This document shows positions 29,019 to 38,266 of a stretch of DNA of 64,000 bases, in pieces. Below the pieces are notes generated by a model, which saw nothing but the letters and a program-made list of their open reading frames with translations, had not been told where the DNA came from and ran no database searches. The stretch is from an uncultured Aestuariivirga sp. (GTDB taxonomy: Bacteria > Pseudomonadota > Alphaproteobacteria > Rhizobiales > Aestuariivirgaceae). Every line of letters begins with the position of its first letter. Positions within the stretch are counted from its first letter, which is position 1. The stretch spans positions 52,276 to 116,275 of the forward strand of contig CAYYTH010000002.1 of the NCBI GenBank assembly GCA_964474665.1, read 5' to 3'. The position numbers and the translations under genes are program-made.

Positions 29019-29127
29019 GGCCTGTTTAGACCCCGCCTCAGCGGGGAAGGCAAGCCATGTGCGAGGCTCTTTTCAGGGCTGCGGTTTGCGGGCATAAGCG
29101 GCCCGCTTCCGATCAAGAGGGTTCCTC

Positions 29128-30168
29128 ATGTCCAAGTTCGTTCCGCGGGTCTTTTCCGGCATGCAGCCGACCGGCAACCTGCATCTCGGCAACTATCTGG
29201 GCGCCATGCTGAACTGGATCCATATGCAGGACACGCATGAGTGCATCTACTGCGTGGTGGACATGCACGCGATCACCGTGTGGCAGGACCCGAAGGAACT
29301 GAAGCGTGCGATCGTCGACGTGACGGCGGCCTACCTGGCGTGCGGCCTGGACCCGAAGAAGAGCATCATCTTCAACCAGTCCCAGGTGGCGGAGCACGCG
29401 GAGCTGGCCTGGATCCTCGGCTGTACCGGCCGGATCGGCTGGCTCAATCGCATGACCCAGTTCAAGGAAAAAGCAGGCAAGGACAAGGAGGCGGCCTCCG
29501 TCGGCCTCTACACCTACCCCGTGCTGATGGCGGCGGACATCCTCGGCTACCATGCTACCCACGTGCCGGTGGGCGAGGACCAGAAGCAGCACCTCGAGCT
29601 GGCGCGTGACATCGCCAACAAGTTCAACCTCGACTACAAGGACGCGATCGAGGCGGCGGGCTTTACCGATGGCATGTTCTTCGTGCCACCCGAGCCCTAC
29701 ATCACCGGTCCCGCGACCCGCGTTATGAGCCTGCGCGACGGCACCAAGAAGATGTCTAAGTCGGACCCGTCGGACCTGTCACGCCTCAACCTCACGGACG
29801 ACGCCGACACCATCGCGCGGAAGATCCGCAAGGCCAAGACCGATACCGAGCCGCTGCCGAGCGAAGCAGAGGGTCTGAAGGGCCGCCCCGAAGCCGACAA
29901 CCTCACGGGCATCTATGCCGCCCTCTCCGGCGAAAGCGTCGGCCAGGTCCTCGGCCAGTATGGCGGTGGGCAATTTTCGGTGTTCAAGAATGCGCTGGCG
30001 GACCTTGCCGTCGCCAAGCTCGGCCCGGTGGGCGAGGAGACCAAGCGGTTGCAGTCCGATCGCGCCTACGTCGAGAGCGTGCTGAAGGATGGCTCCGACC
30101 GGGCCCGCGCCATTGCCGCCCCGATCATGCGCAAGGCGCGCGAGATCGTGGGCTTCATCGTATCCTGA
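29128..30168 (+). CDS. trpS: Tryptophan--tRNA ligase
   Basis: [36 protein letters not shown]. Confidence 0.97.
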   Translation: MSKFVPRVFSGMQPTGNLHLGNYLGAMLNWIHMQDTHECIYCVVDMHAITVWQDPKELKRAIVDVTAAYLACGLDPKKSIIFNQSQVAEHAELAWILGCTGRIGWLNRMTQFKEKAGKDKEAASVGLYTYPVLMAADILGYHATHVPVGEDQKQHLELARDIANKFNLDYKDAIEAAGFTDGMFFVPPEPYITGPATRVMSLRDGTKKMSKSDPSDLSRLNLTDDADTIARKIRKAKTDTEPLPSEAEGLKGRPEADNLTGIYAALSGESVGQVLGQYGGGQFSVFKNALADLAVAKLGPVGEETKRLQSDRAYVESVLKDGSDRARAIAAPIMRKAREIVGFIVS

Positions 30169-30197
30169 AGGCTGCGGCGGCCTAGCCCGCCCGAACA

Positions 30198-30227
30198 GTT
30201 TGAAATGATTCTAAACACGGGCTATAT
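30198..30227 (+). promoter_or_regulatory. Irr-type iron control element overlapping an RpoH/RpoD-like promoter of nfuA
   Basis: Minus strand 30199-30215 reads TTTAGAATCATTTCAAA vs ICE consensus TTTRGAAYNRTTCYAAA (16/17). Plus strand reads TTTGAA-N16-GCTATAT. Confidence 0.65.
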
Positions 30228-30251
30228 AATTCCCGAGTTAAGGAATCGGAC

Positions 30252-30812
30252 ATGTTCATCCAGACGGAAGCCACCCCCAATCCCGCGACGCTGAAGTTCC
30301 TTCCCGGAAAGCCCGTGCTGCCCGGCGGCACCCGCGACTACCGGGATGCCGAGGCGGCGGCGGAATCGCCGCTGGCCCAGAAGCTGTTCACCGTGAACGG
30401 TGTATCCGGGGTTTTCCTCGGGCAGGATTTCATTACTGTCACCCGCTCGGGTGCCGAATGGCAACACATGAAGCCCGCCATTCTCGGCCTCATCATGGAC
30501 CACTACCTGTCAGGTGCACCGGTGCTTCTCGGCGAGGCGCCAAAGGCCGAGGCACAGGGCGAGGAATTCTTCGATGAGGGTGACGCCGAGGTGGTGAGCA
30601 CGATCAAGCAGCTGCTCGACACGCGGGTGCGCCCGGCAGTCGCCCAGGATGGCGGCGACATTACCTTCCACGGCTTCCGCGAGGGGATCGTCTATCTCAA
30701 CATGAAGGGGTCCTGCGCCGGCTGTCCTTCCTCCACCGCAACGCTGAAGCACGGTATCGAGAACCTGCTCCGCCACTTCGTTCCGGAAGTGAGCGAAGTC
30801 CGCGCCGTTTGA
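30252..30812 (+). CDS. nfuA: NifU/NfuA family Fe-S carrier
   Basis: MFIQTEATPNPATLKFLPG; VRPAVAQDGGDI; GSCAGCPSSTATLKHGIENLL. Confidence 0.93.
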   Translation: MFIQTEATPNPATLKFLPGKPVLPGGTRDYRDAEAAAESPLAQKLFTVNGVSGVFLGQDFITVTRSGAEWQHMKPAILGLIMDHYLSGAPVLLGEAPKAEAQGEEFFDEGDAEVVSTIKQLLDTRVRPAVAQDGGDITFHGFREGIVYLNMKGSCAGCPSSTATLKHGIENLLRHFVPEVSEVRAV

Positions 30813-30846
30813 CGTGGGGCATCGGGGCAGCCTATCACGCCGCCCC

Positions 30847-31956
30847 ATGAAGATCCTCAGCCTCGATACCGCGATGGCCGCCTGCTCGGCCGCCGTCATC
30901 GATACGGATATGGCGCGGCCATTGGCAGCTGCTTTCGTGCCGATGGAGCGCGGCCACGCCGAGGCACTCCCGCCGATGGTGGCGGAGGTGATGCAGCAAT
31001 CGGGACTCGATTTCCCGCAGATTGACCGGATTGTGGTCACCACGGGCCCCGGCACCTTTACTGGCGTGCGCATCGGGCTGGCTTTCGCCCGCGGGCTGGG
31101 GCTTGCGCGCAGCCTGCCAGTCGTCGGCATCGACAGCCTCTCGGCCATTGCCTCCAACGAGGGAGCAGATGCACCACTGCTGGTCGTCTCAGATGCGCGC
31201 AACGACGAAGTCTATGCGGCGATCTTTGAGTCCGGGCGACGGTTGGTCAAGGGACCACATGTCACCAGCGCCGCTGCCGTCGCTGAGGACGTGCCGAGCG
31301 AGGCGCTTGTGCTGGGTTCCGCGGCTGAGGTGGTGATGCGTGAAAGTGGTCGGAGCGACCTTAAGCGCTCGCGCGCCGGTGACCTGCCGGTAGCGGCGCA
31401 GTTTGCGAGGATTGCGGCAGCGTCGGCAGCCGATACGATGCCGTCCCCGCTCTATCTGCGCGCACCGGATGCCAAACCGCATTCAGCGCCGCTGCGCGCG
31501 ATCAATAACCTGACGATACAGTCCGTTGGCTCTTCTGCAGCATCACTCCTGTCCGTACTGCATGGTGAGATCTTTGAAGATGGCTGGACGGCGAAGTCCT
31601 TCCAGGACATGCTCGAAACGCCGGGGACAGAAGCCGGCATTGCCACCGAAAGGGGCGAACCTCTTGGCTTCATCGTTACACGGCGGGCCGCGGATGAGGC
31701 TGAGATCATCGTCATCGGCTCACGCCCTTCGATACAGCGACGCGGCGTGGCCCGGCAGTTGCTGTCGCAGCACGTAGCACAGCTTGCGGCGAATGGTGTT
31801 CGCCACTTCTTCCTCGAGGTCGCGGCATCCAACAGCCCCGCGCAAGCTCTCTACACATCATGCGGCTTTGTCGAGGCAGGACGACGCAAGGGTTACTACA
31901 GACGCCGTGACGGCGTCGAAGATGCAATCATCATGCGGCGCGAGCTCCGCCCGTGA
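30847..31956 (+). CDS. tsaB: TsaB-RimI fusion protein
   Basis: N-half: MKILSLDTA, ERGHAE, TTGPGTFTGVRIG, PLYLRAPDAK (TsaB). C-half: DEAEIIVIG, LEVAASN, ALY..GF..GRRKGYY, DAIIM (RimI GNAT). One continuous frame. Confidence 0.9.
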   Translation: MKILSLDTAMAACSAAVIDTDMARPLAAAFVPMERGHAEALPPMVAEVMQQSGLDFPQIDRIVVTTGPGTFTGVRIGLAFARGLGLARSLPVVGIDSLSAIASNEGADAPLLVVSDARNDEVYAAIFESGRRLVKGPHVTSAAAVAEDVPSEALVLGSAAEVVMRESGRSDLKRSRAGDLPVAAQFARIAAASAADTMPSPLYLRAPDAKPHSAPLRAINNLTIQSVGSSAASLLSVLHGEIFEDGWTAKSFQDMLETPGTEAGIATERGEPLGFIVTRRAADEAEIIVIGSRPSIQRRGVARQLLSQHVAQLAANGVRHFFLEVAASNSPAQALYTSCGFVEAGRRKGYYRRRDGVEDAIIMRRELRP

Positions 31957-32729
31957 GCATGATGCGGCCATGGTGGGTGCTGTTCCTGTTCGGTGCACTG
32001 ACCCTACCCCTGATGCCGCTGCAGCAGCTTTTCCTCTGGTTCTGCCCGCGTCTCGCCCGTGTCTTCCCGATGTATTATCATCGTGTGGTCTGCCGTATCC
32101 TCGGGGTGCGGGTCACAGTGGCCGGACACCGGCCCGAACGAGGTCCGCTTCTCATCGCCAGCAATCACGTGAGCTGGCTTGACATCGTGGTCCTCAGTTC
32201 CGTGGCGCCGGTCTCCTTCATCGCCAAGAAGGAGGTGGGGGCGTGGCCCTTTTTCGGCAGCCTGGCGCGGTTGCAGCGCACGGTATTCGTCGACCGCGAC
32301 CGCCGCCATGCCACGGGCGGCGCACGCGACGAAATGCGCGAGCGGCTGCAGGCAGGCGACGCGCTGGTCCTGTTTGCCGAGGGAACATCGGGTGATGGAC
32401 GCCGCGTCCTGCCGTTCAAGAGCGCATTCTTCGGTGCCGCAGAGACGCCCGGCGTGCTGGTGCAGCCGGTGACGCTAGCCTACCGCGGGCACCGCGGCCT
32501 GCCGATGACCCGACGGCTGCTGCCGACCTATGCCTGGTATGGCGACATGGATCTCGTGCCGCACCTGCTCGGTGCGGCGCGCTCGGGACCAATCGAAGTG
32601 ATGGTGATCTGGCACCAGCCTTTGTCTCTCACGGGCGAGCGTAGCCGCAAGGCACTGGCGCGCCATTCGGAGGAAGAGGTTCGCCGCGGTCTCGTGCAGG
32701 CGCTTCACCACCCCGCCAAAATCCGCTAG
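31953..32729 (+). CDS. olsA: Lysophospholipid acyltransferase, probably lyso-ornithine lipid O-acyltransferase OlsA
   Basis: SNHVSWLD, FIAKKEV, FAEGTS, PFKS; occupies the olsA position between rimI and miaB known from rhizobia. Confidence 0.75.
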   Translation: MSMMRPWWVLFLFGALTLPLMPLQQLFLWFCPRLARVFPMYYHRVVCRILGVRVTVAGHRPERGPLLIASNHVSWLDIVVLSSVAPVSFIAKKEVGAWPFFGSLARLQRTVFVDRDRRHATGGARDEMRERLQAGDALVLFAEGTSGDGRRVLPFKSAFFGAAETPGVLVQPVTLAYRGHRGLPMTRRLLPTYAWYGDMDLVPHLLGAARSGPIEVMVIWHQPLSLTGERSRKALARHSEEEVRRGLVQALHHPAKIR

Positions 32730-32741
32730 AGGCCTCAGTTC

Positions 32742-34094
32742 ATGGAAAACGCCCCGAAAAAGGTCTTCGTCAAGACCTATGGCTGCCAGATGAACGTCTA
32801 TGACAGCGAGCGCATGCGCGATGTGCTCGTTCCGCTGGGCTATGCCGAGACGGCGACACCCGAGGAGGCGGACCTCGTCATCCTCAATACCTGCCACATC
32901 CGCGAGAAGGCTGCCGAGAAGGTCTATTCCGAACTCGGCAAGATTCGTCGCATGAAGCAGGACCGGGCGGAGCAGGGTGCCGAGATGCTGATCGCCGTTG
33001 CTGGGTGCGTCGCCCAGGCAGAGGGTGAGGAGATCGTCAGGCGGGCACCCGCGGTGGACCTGGTTTTCGGTCCCCAGACGTACCATCGGCTGCCCCAGCT
33101 TCTCGCGCGGCAGCGCCAGGCCCGGAAGGCGGTGGTCGAGACCGAGTTCCCGGCGGAAGACAAGTTCGAGGGACTCGATGGAAGGGCCCTGCCAAGCAAG
33201 GGCGTCGCTGCCTTCCTCACCGTGCAGGAGGGCTGCGACAAGTTCTGCAGCTTCTGCGTGGTGCCCTATACACGCGGCTCGGAGTTCTCCCGGCCGGTGG
33301 AACAGGTGCTGGCGGAAGCCCGGCGGATGGCGCAGCAGGGGGTGAAGGAATTCACCCTGTTGGGTCAGAACGTCAACGCCTATCACGGGCTCGACGCGCG
33401 CGGACGAAGTCTCGGCCTCGCCGGGCTCGTCGCCGAACTGTCACGCATCGAAGGTATCGAGAGACTACGTTATACGACGAGTCACCCGCGCGACATGACG
33501 GACGACCTGATCGCCGCCCACGCCGAAAACCCCAAGCTGATGCCCTATTTGCATCTGCCGGTGCAGTCAGGTAGCGATTCGATACTAAAGGCCATGAACC
33601 GTGGTCACACTGCGGAGACATATCTTCGGCTGATTGAGAAGATCCGCACAGCACGCCCTGACATCGCCCTGTCCGGGGACTTTATCGTCGGATTTCCAGG
33701 TGAGACGACATTTGATTTCGAGTCGACACTGAAACTGATACGGGACGTCGGTTACGCCAGCGCCTATTCCTTCAAATACTCGCCACGGCCTGGCACTCCG
33801 GCTGCGGAAAGTTCCAAGCAGGTTCCGGAAACAGAGAAGTCGGCCCGCCTCAAGGAACTGCAGGCGCTCATTCACGCGCAGCAGACAGCGTTCAATGCCT
33901 CTTTGGTGGGCCGCACCGTACCGGTACTGCTGGAGAAGCCTGGCCGCGACCCGGGACAGCTGGTCGGCCGGTCACCCTATCTCCAGTCTGTGCATGTTCA
34001 GGCGGAGGCCGCCCTTATCGGAACGATCGTGGATACCCATATCACGGGTGTTGGAACCAACAGTCTTTCGGGTCATTATGCCCAGGCAGTCTAA
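32742..34094 (+). CDS. miaB: tRNA ms2i6A37 methylthiotransferase
   Basis: [41 protein letters not shown] domain. Confidence 0.97.
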   Translation: MENAPKKVFVKTYGCQMNVYDSERMRDVLVPLGYAETATPEEADLVILNTCHIREKAAEKVYSELGKIRRMKQDRAEQGAEMLIAVAGCVAQAEGEEIVRRAPAVDLVFGPQTYHRLPQLLARQRQARKAVVETEFPAEDKFEGLDGRALPSKGVAAFLTVQEGCDKFCSFCVVPYTRGSEFSRPVEQVLAEARRMAQQGVKEFTLLGQNVNAYHGLDARGRSLGLAGLVAELSRIEGIERLRYTTSHPRDMTDDLIAAHAENPKLMPYLHLPVQSGSDSILKAMNRGHTAETYLRLIEKIRTARPDIALSGDFIVGFPGETTFDFESTLKLIRDVGYASAYSFKYSPRPGTPAAESSKQVPETEKSARLKELQALIHAQQTAFNASLVGRTVPVLLEKPGRDPGQLVGRSPYLQSVHVQAEAALIGTIVDTHITGVGTNSLSGHYAQAV

Positions 34095-34112
34095 ATACGG
34101 AGAATCGATTCC

Positions 34113-35120
34113 TTGAATCCGCCCGTCACTGCGGCCCAGATCGGCAGCCACGCCCCCGGCTCCCGGCAAGAAAATTCGGACATTCTTACCCTCTCATTCG
34201 ACGATAACCGCTTGTTATCATTGCTCTGCGGCGAGCATGACGAAAATCTCGCCGTGCTCGAGCACCGGCTGAACGTCGACATCACGCCGCGTGGCAACAG
34301 GCTCGCCGTGCGCGGGAGTGATTCGGGGCGCAGCGCGGCGCGCGACGTTCTGATGGCACTCTACAACCGCGCGCGGCGTGGCCTCGACATTACCAAAGGC
34401 GAGGTGGAGGGAGCGATCCGCATGCGCGAGGCCCAGGAAACCAACGTGCCCGGCGGCGCCATCCGCACCCGCCGAAAGCTCGTCATGCCACGTACGCCCA
34501 CGCAGGGTGCCTACATCGAGGCCATTCGCAAACATGAGCTCGTCTTCGGCATCGGCCCGGCCGGCACCGGCAAGACTTATCTGGCGGTGGCCTGCGCTGC
34601 CGAGGCACTGATGAACGGTGAGGTCGACCGCATCGTTCTGTCACGCCCCGCCGTCGAGGCCGGTGAGCGGCTCGGCTTCTTACCCGGAGACATGAAGGAG
34701 AAGGTCGATCCCTATCTCCGGCCACTTTACGACGCCCTTTATGACATGATGCCCGCCAGCCTCGTGGCCAAGGGCATTGCGGAGAACCAGATCGAGATCG
34801 CCCCATTGGCGTTTATGCGTGGCCGCACTCTGTCCTCCGCCTTCATCATCCTCGATGAGGCACAGAACACCACCCCACAGCAGATGAAGATGTTCCTGAC
34901 CCGCCTCGGCGAAGGCAGCCGCATGGTGGTAACGGGAGATCCCACGCAGGTTGACCTGCCGTCGGGCATTTCGTCGGGCCTGTCCGACGCGGTGTCGGTA
35001 CTGCAGGGTGTCGCCGGCGTCGCGTCCGTGGGCTTCAACAATGCCGACATCGTGCGGCATGCTCTGGTGGGCCGGATCGTGGCGGCCTACGACAAGAAGG
35101 CGCCGAAGCCGAAGAAATGA
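34113..35120 (+). CDS. phoH: PhoH family ATPase (YbeZ)
   Basis: GPAGTGKTYLA, RPAVEAGERLGFLPG, FMRGRTL, LDEAQN; TTG start. Confidence 0.95.
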   Translation: MNPPVTAAQIGSHAPGSRQENSDILTLSFDDNRLLSLLCGEHDENLAVLEHRLNVDITPRGNRLAVRGSDSGRSAARDVLMALYNRARRGLDITKGEVEGAIRMREAQETNVPGGAIRTRRKLVMPRTPTQGAYIEAIRKHELVFGIGPAGTGKTYLAVACAAEALMNGEVDRIVLSRPAVEAGERLGFLPGDMKEKVDPYLRPLYDALYDMMPASLVAKGIAENQIEIAPLAFMRGRTLSSAFIILDEAQNTTPQQMKMFLTRLGEGSRMVVTGDPTQVDLPSGISSGLSDAVSVLQGVAGVASVGFNNADIVRHALVGRIVAAYDKKAPKPKK

Positions 35121-35590
35121 CCGTCTCCATCGAGGTCGAAGACGCCGCCTGGGCCAACTTGCCCGGGCTTGAGGAACTCACGTGTTCCGCCGTGGCCGCC
35201 GCTCTTGCGGGCAGTCATGTGAATCCCGATGCCTATGATATTTCTGTGCTGTTCACCGACGACGGCGCCATTGCGGAGATCAACGCCGAGTGGCGGGGCA
35301 AGGACAAGCCGACCAATGTGCTCTCCTTTCCCACACCCGATGACATGCCCGTGCCGGCGGGTGAGCCACGCCCGCTGGGCGACATCGTGCTGGCACTGGG
35401 GGTAATCGCCCGCGAGGCTGCGGAGCAGGGCAAGTCATTGCGTGACCACACGGCCCACCTTATTGTTCACGGCACACTGCATCTCCTTGGCTACGACCAC
35501 GAAAGTGACGACGAGGCCGCGGAGATGGAAGCGCTTGAGACGTACATCCTGAAGGACCTAGGCATTTCCGATCCATATGAGCGAGACTGA
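35117..35590 (+). CDS. ybeY: rRNA maturation endoribonuclease YbeY
   Basis: KDKPTNVLSFP, LGDI, HGTLHLLGYDH. Confidence 0.96.
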   Translation: MTVSIEVEDAAWANLPGLEELTCSAVAAALAGSHVNPDAYDISVLFTDDGAIAEINAEWRGKDKPTNVLSFPTPDDMPVPAGEPRPLGDIVLALGVIAREAAEQGKSLRDHTAHLIVHGTLHLLGYDHESDDEAAEMEALETYILKDLGISDPYERD

Positions 35591-36599
35591 GCACAGCGGC
35601 GCCACGGCGCCGGCCGACCCGACCCGGGAAAGCCTGTGGCAGCGGCTGCGGAGCCGCTTTGGCCGTGGCCGCGACGTCGGCCTGCGCGAAAGCCTCGAGG
35701 GCGCCATCGAAAGCCACGAGGCGCAGAACCCCGGCGAGACCGTCGGCGAGGAAGCAAAATCGATGATGCTCAACATCATCGAATTCTCGGGCCTTCGCGT
35801 TGACGACGTCATGGTGCCACGCGTCGACATCGTCGCCATCGATGAAACAGACAGCATGCAGGAGGCGCTGGCCAAGTTCATTGATGCGAACCACTCGCGC
35901 ATGCCGGTCTACCGCGAGACGCTGGATGGCATCACCGGCATGATCCACGTGAAGGATTTCCTGCGCTGGATGGCGGCGCGCGGGACGCGCAAGCGCCGCT
36001 CCGCAAAGGCCGAGAAGGCGGAGAAGACCGAAAAATCGACACCGCCCGGACTGAGCATCGCCGCCACAGTTCTCTCGACCACTGTGAAGCAGGCGGGCCT
36101 TAACCGGGAAGTGCTCTTCGTGCCACCGTCCATGCCGGCAACGGATCTTTTGGTGCGGATGCAGGCCAGCCGCACACATCTTGCCATCGTGATCGACGAA
36201 TACGGCGGCACCGAAGGGCTGGTTTCGATCGAAGACCTCGTCGAAGTCATCGTCGGCGACATTGCGGATGAGCACGACACCGAGGAAGATCTTGAGATCA
36301 AGCCGGTGGAGGAGGGGATCTACCTCGCTGACGGCCGTGTCGACCTCGCGCCACTTGAAGAACGTCTCGGGATCGATCTCCTTCCGGAGGACGAGGAGGA
36401 GGAGGCGGACACGCTGGCCGGTCTCATCTTCAAGATCGCCGGCCGTGTGCCTTCCCGCGGCGAGATCATCCGCCATGGGAGCGGCCTTGAGTTCGAAATC
36501 CTCGATTCCGATCCACGCCGGGTGAAGCGGGTGCGCATCAATGCCCTCAACGCGAGCCCGCCGGATACCGAGCCGACGGCAGACAGCGCCTCCGGCTAG
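35577..36599 (+). CDS. corC: CBS + CorC_HlyC domain protein
   Basis: VDDVMVPRVDI, HSRMPVY, VIDEYGGTEGLVSIEDLVEVIVGDIADEHD, DTLAGLI. Confidence 0.9.
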   Translation: MSETEHSGATAPADPTRESLWQRLRSRFGRGRDVGLRESLEGAIESHEAQNPGETVGEEAKSMMLNIIEFSGLRVDDVMVPRVDIVAIDETDSMQEALAKFIDANHSRMPVYRETLDGITGMIHVKDFLRWMAARGTRKRRSAKAEKAEKTEKSTPPGLSIAATVLSTTVKQAGLNREVLFVPPSMPATDLLVRMQASRTHLAIVIDEYGGTEGLVSIEDLVEVIVGDIADEHDTEEDLEIKPVEEGIYLADGRVDLAPLEERLGIDLLPEDEEEEADTLAGLIFKIAGRVPSRGEIIRHGSGLEFEILDSDPRRVKRVRINALNASPPDTEPTADSASG

Positions 36600-36657
36600 C
36601 GCAAAGTTTTTGACGGAAAATGCAACCTCCTGTAACGTCAGGTTCAGGAGGACGGAC

Positions 36658-38190
36658 ATGACGTCTCGAGCGGCGACGGTAGCATTCCAGGGCATCGAGG
36701 CAGTGCCCGTCGATGTGCAAGCCCACTTCCTGTCCGGGCAAGTCGCTTTCAGCCTGGTTGGGCTCGGCGACAAGGCCGTTGCCGAAAGTCGTGAACGCAT
36801 CCGGGCGGCCCTGCATGCAATCGGGCTGGCGCTGCCTGGCAAGCGGCTGGTCGTCAATCTTTCTCCGGCCGACCTGCCGAAGGAAGGGAGCCACTTCGAC
36901 CTGCCGATCACGCTGGCTGTGCTGGCGGCCCTTGGCATCATTCCACAGGATTTCCTGAACCGATATGTTGCCATGGGGGAACTGGCACTCGATGGTGCGG
37001 TGATGGCCGTATCGGGCGTGCTACCGGCTGCCATCGCCGCAAATGGGCGCGACATGGGCCTGATCTGTCCCAAGGCCTCCGGGCCGGAAGCAGCATGGGC
37101 GGCCGAGGATACCGACATATTGGCGCCCGAAAACCTCATTCAGCTCATAAACCACGTCCGGGGCACGCAAGTGCTGACCCGCCCCCGCGCAGCCGTCGCG
37201 CCGGAGGCGGATCAACTGCCCGACCTCAAGGACATCAAGGGGCAGGAGACGGGCAAGCGCGCACTGGAAGTCGCGGCTGCAGGCGGTCATCATTTCCTGA
37301 TGGTCGGCCCACCGGGGGCGGGCAAATCCATGTTGGCTCAGCGCCTGCCCTCCATCTTGCCGCCACTCGACTCGCGCGAGATGCTGAATATCAGCATGGT
37401 CGCATCGCTTGCCGGAGAAATCTCAAACGGCCAGCTGTCTCGCCGGCGCCCCTTCCGCGCGCCGCACCATTCGGCCTCCATGCCCGCACTGGTGGGCGGC
37501 GGTCTCCGGGCGAAGCCTGGCGAGATGGCCCTTGCCCACCATGGCGTATTGTTCCTCGACGAACTTCCCGAATTCCAGCCCCGCGTGCTGGAATCACTTC
37601 GCCAGCCGATGGAGACCGGCGAGACCGTGGTGGCGCGGGTAAACTACCATGTGACCTATCCGGCCCGCTTTCAGCTCGTGGCGGCAATGAACCCCTGCAA
37701 ATGTGGCTTCGCGGGGCAGCCTGGCCATCTCTGCCGCAACGGCCCGCGTTGCGCCGCGGATTACCAGGCGCGCATCTCGGGGCCGCTGCTCGACCGGATG
37801 GACATCCAGATCGAGCTCGCAGCGGTGAAACCGTCTGATCTCGCACTGCCCCCTCCGAAGGAAGCGAGCTCCGATGTTGCAAGGCGGGTGCTTGCCGCTC
37901 GACAACTGCAGGCCCAGCGCTTTGCGAACCTTGGAAAACCCGAGCTGCGAACCAACGCAGAGGCTGACGGGACCCTGCTAGAGGATATCTCTCGTCCCGA
38001 CACGTCTGGGCTGGCCTTACTCCGCGACGCGGCAGATGCAATGAAACTCTCGGCACGCGGGTATCACCGCGTGCTGAGGGTCGCACGGACCCTGGCTGAC
38101 CTCGACCGTCGCGAACAGGTGGCCCGGATCCATATTGCCGAGGCACTTAGCTACCGGCAGAAACTCGCCGCCTTCACAGCTGCCGCCTAG
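36658..38190 (+). CDS. comM: YifB/ComM Mg-chelatase-like AAA+ ATPase
   Basis: NLSPADLPKEGSHFDLPI, GPPGAGKSMLA, RAPHHSAS, VLFLDELPEF, AAMNPCKCG, LSARGYHR. Confidence 0.92.
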   Translation: MTSRAATVAFQGIEAVPVDVQAHFLSGQVAFSLVGLGDKAVAESRERIRAALHAIGLALPGKRLVVNLSPADLPKEGSHFDLPITLAVLAALGIIPQDFLNRYVAMGELALDGAVMAVSGVLPAAIAANGRDMGLICPKASGPEAAWAAEDTDILAPENLIQLINHVRGTQVLTRPRAAVAPEADQLPDLKDIKGQETGKRALEVAAAGGHHFLMVGPPGAGKSMLAQRLPSILPPLDSREMLNISMVASLAGEISNGQLSRRRPFRAPHHSASMPALVGGGLRAKPGEMALAHHGVLFLDELPEFQPRVLESLRQPMETGETVVARVNYHVTYPARFQLVAAMNPCKCGFAGQPGHLCRNGPRCAADYQARISGPLLDRMDIQIELAAVKPSDLALPPPKEASSDVARRVLAARQLQAQRFANLGKPELRTNAEADGTLLEDISRPDTSGLALLRDAADAMKLSARGYHRVLRVARTLADLDRREQVARIHIAEALSYRQKLAAFTAAA

Positions 38191-38266
38191 GCGACGTTAA
38201 CTTCTCGTTCACCACCGTTTCCCTACGCGTAAAACATTTGAAAGCAGCGCGTGCCATGTTCGGCTC

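Noticed and set aside
29031-29046. Hairpin CCCCGC-CTCA-GCGGGG near the mutM start as a REP element or att site
   Set aside because: Only a 6-bp stem; no matching copy at the other rearrangement junctions.
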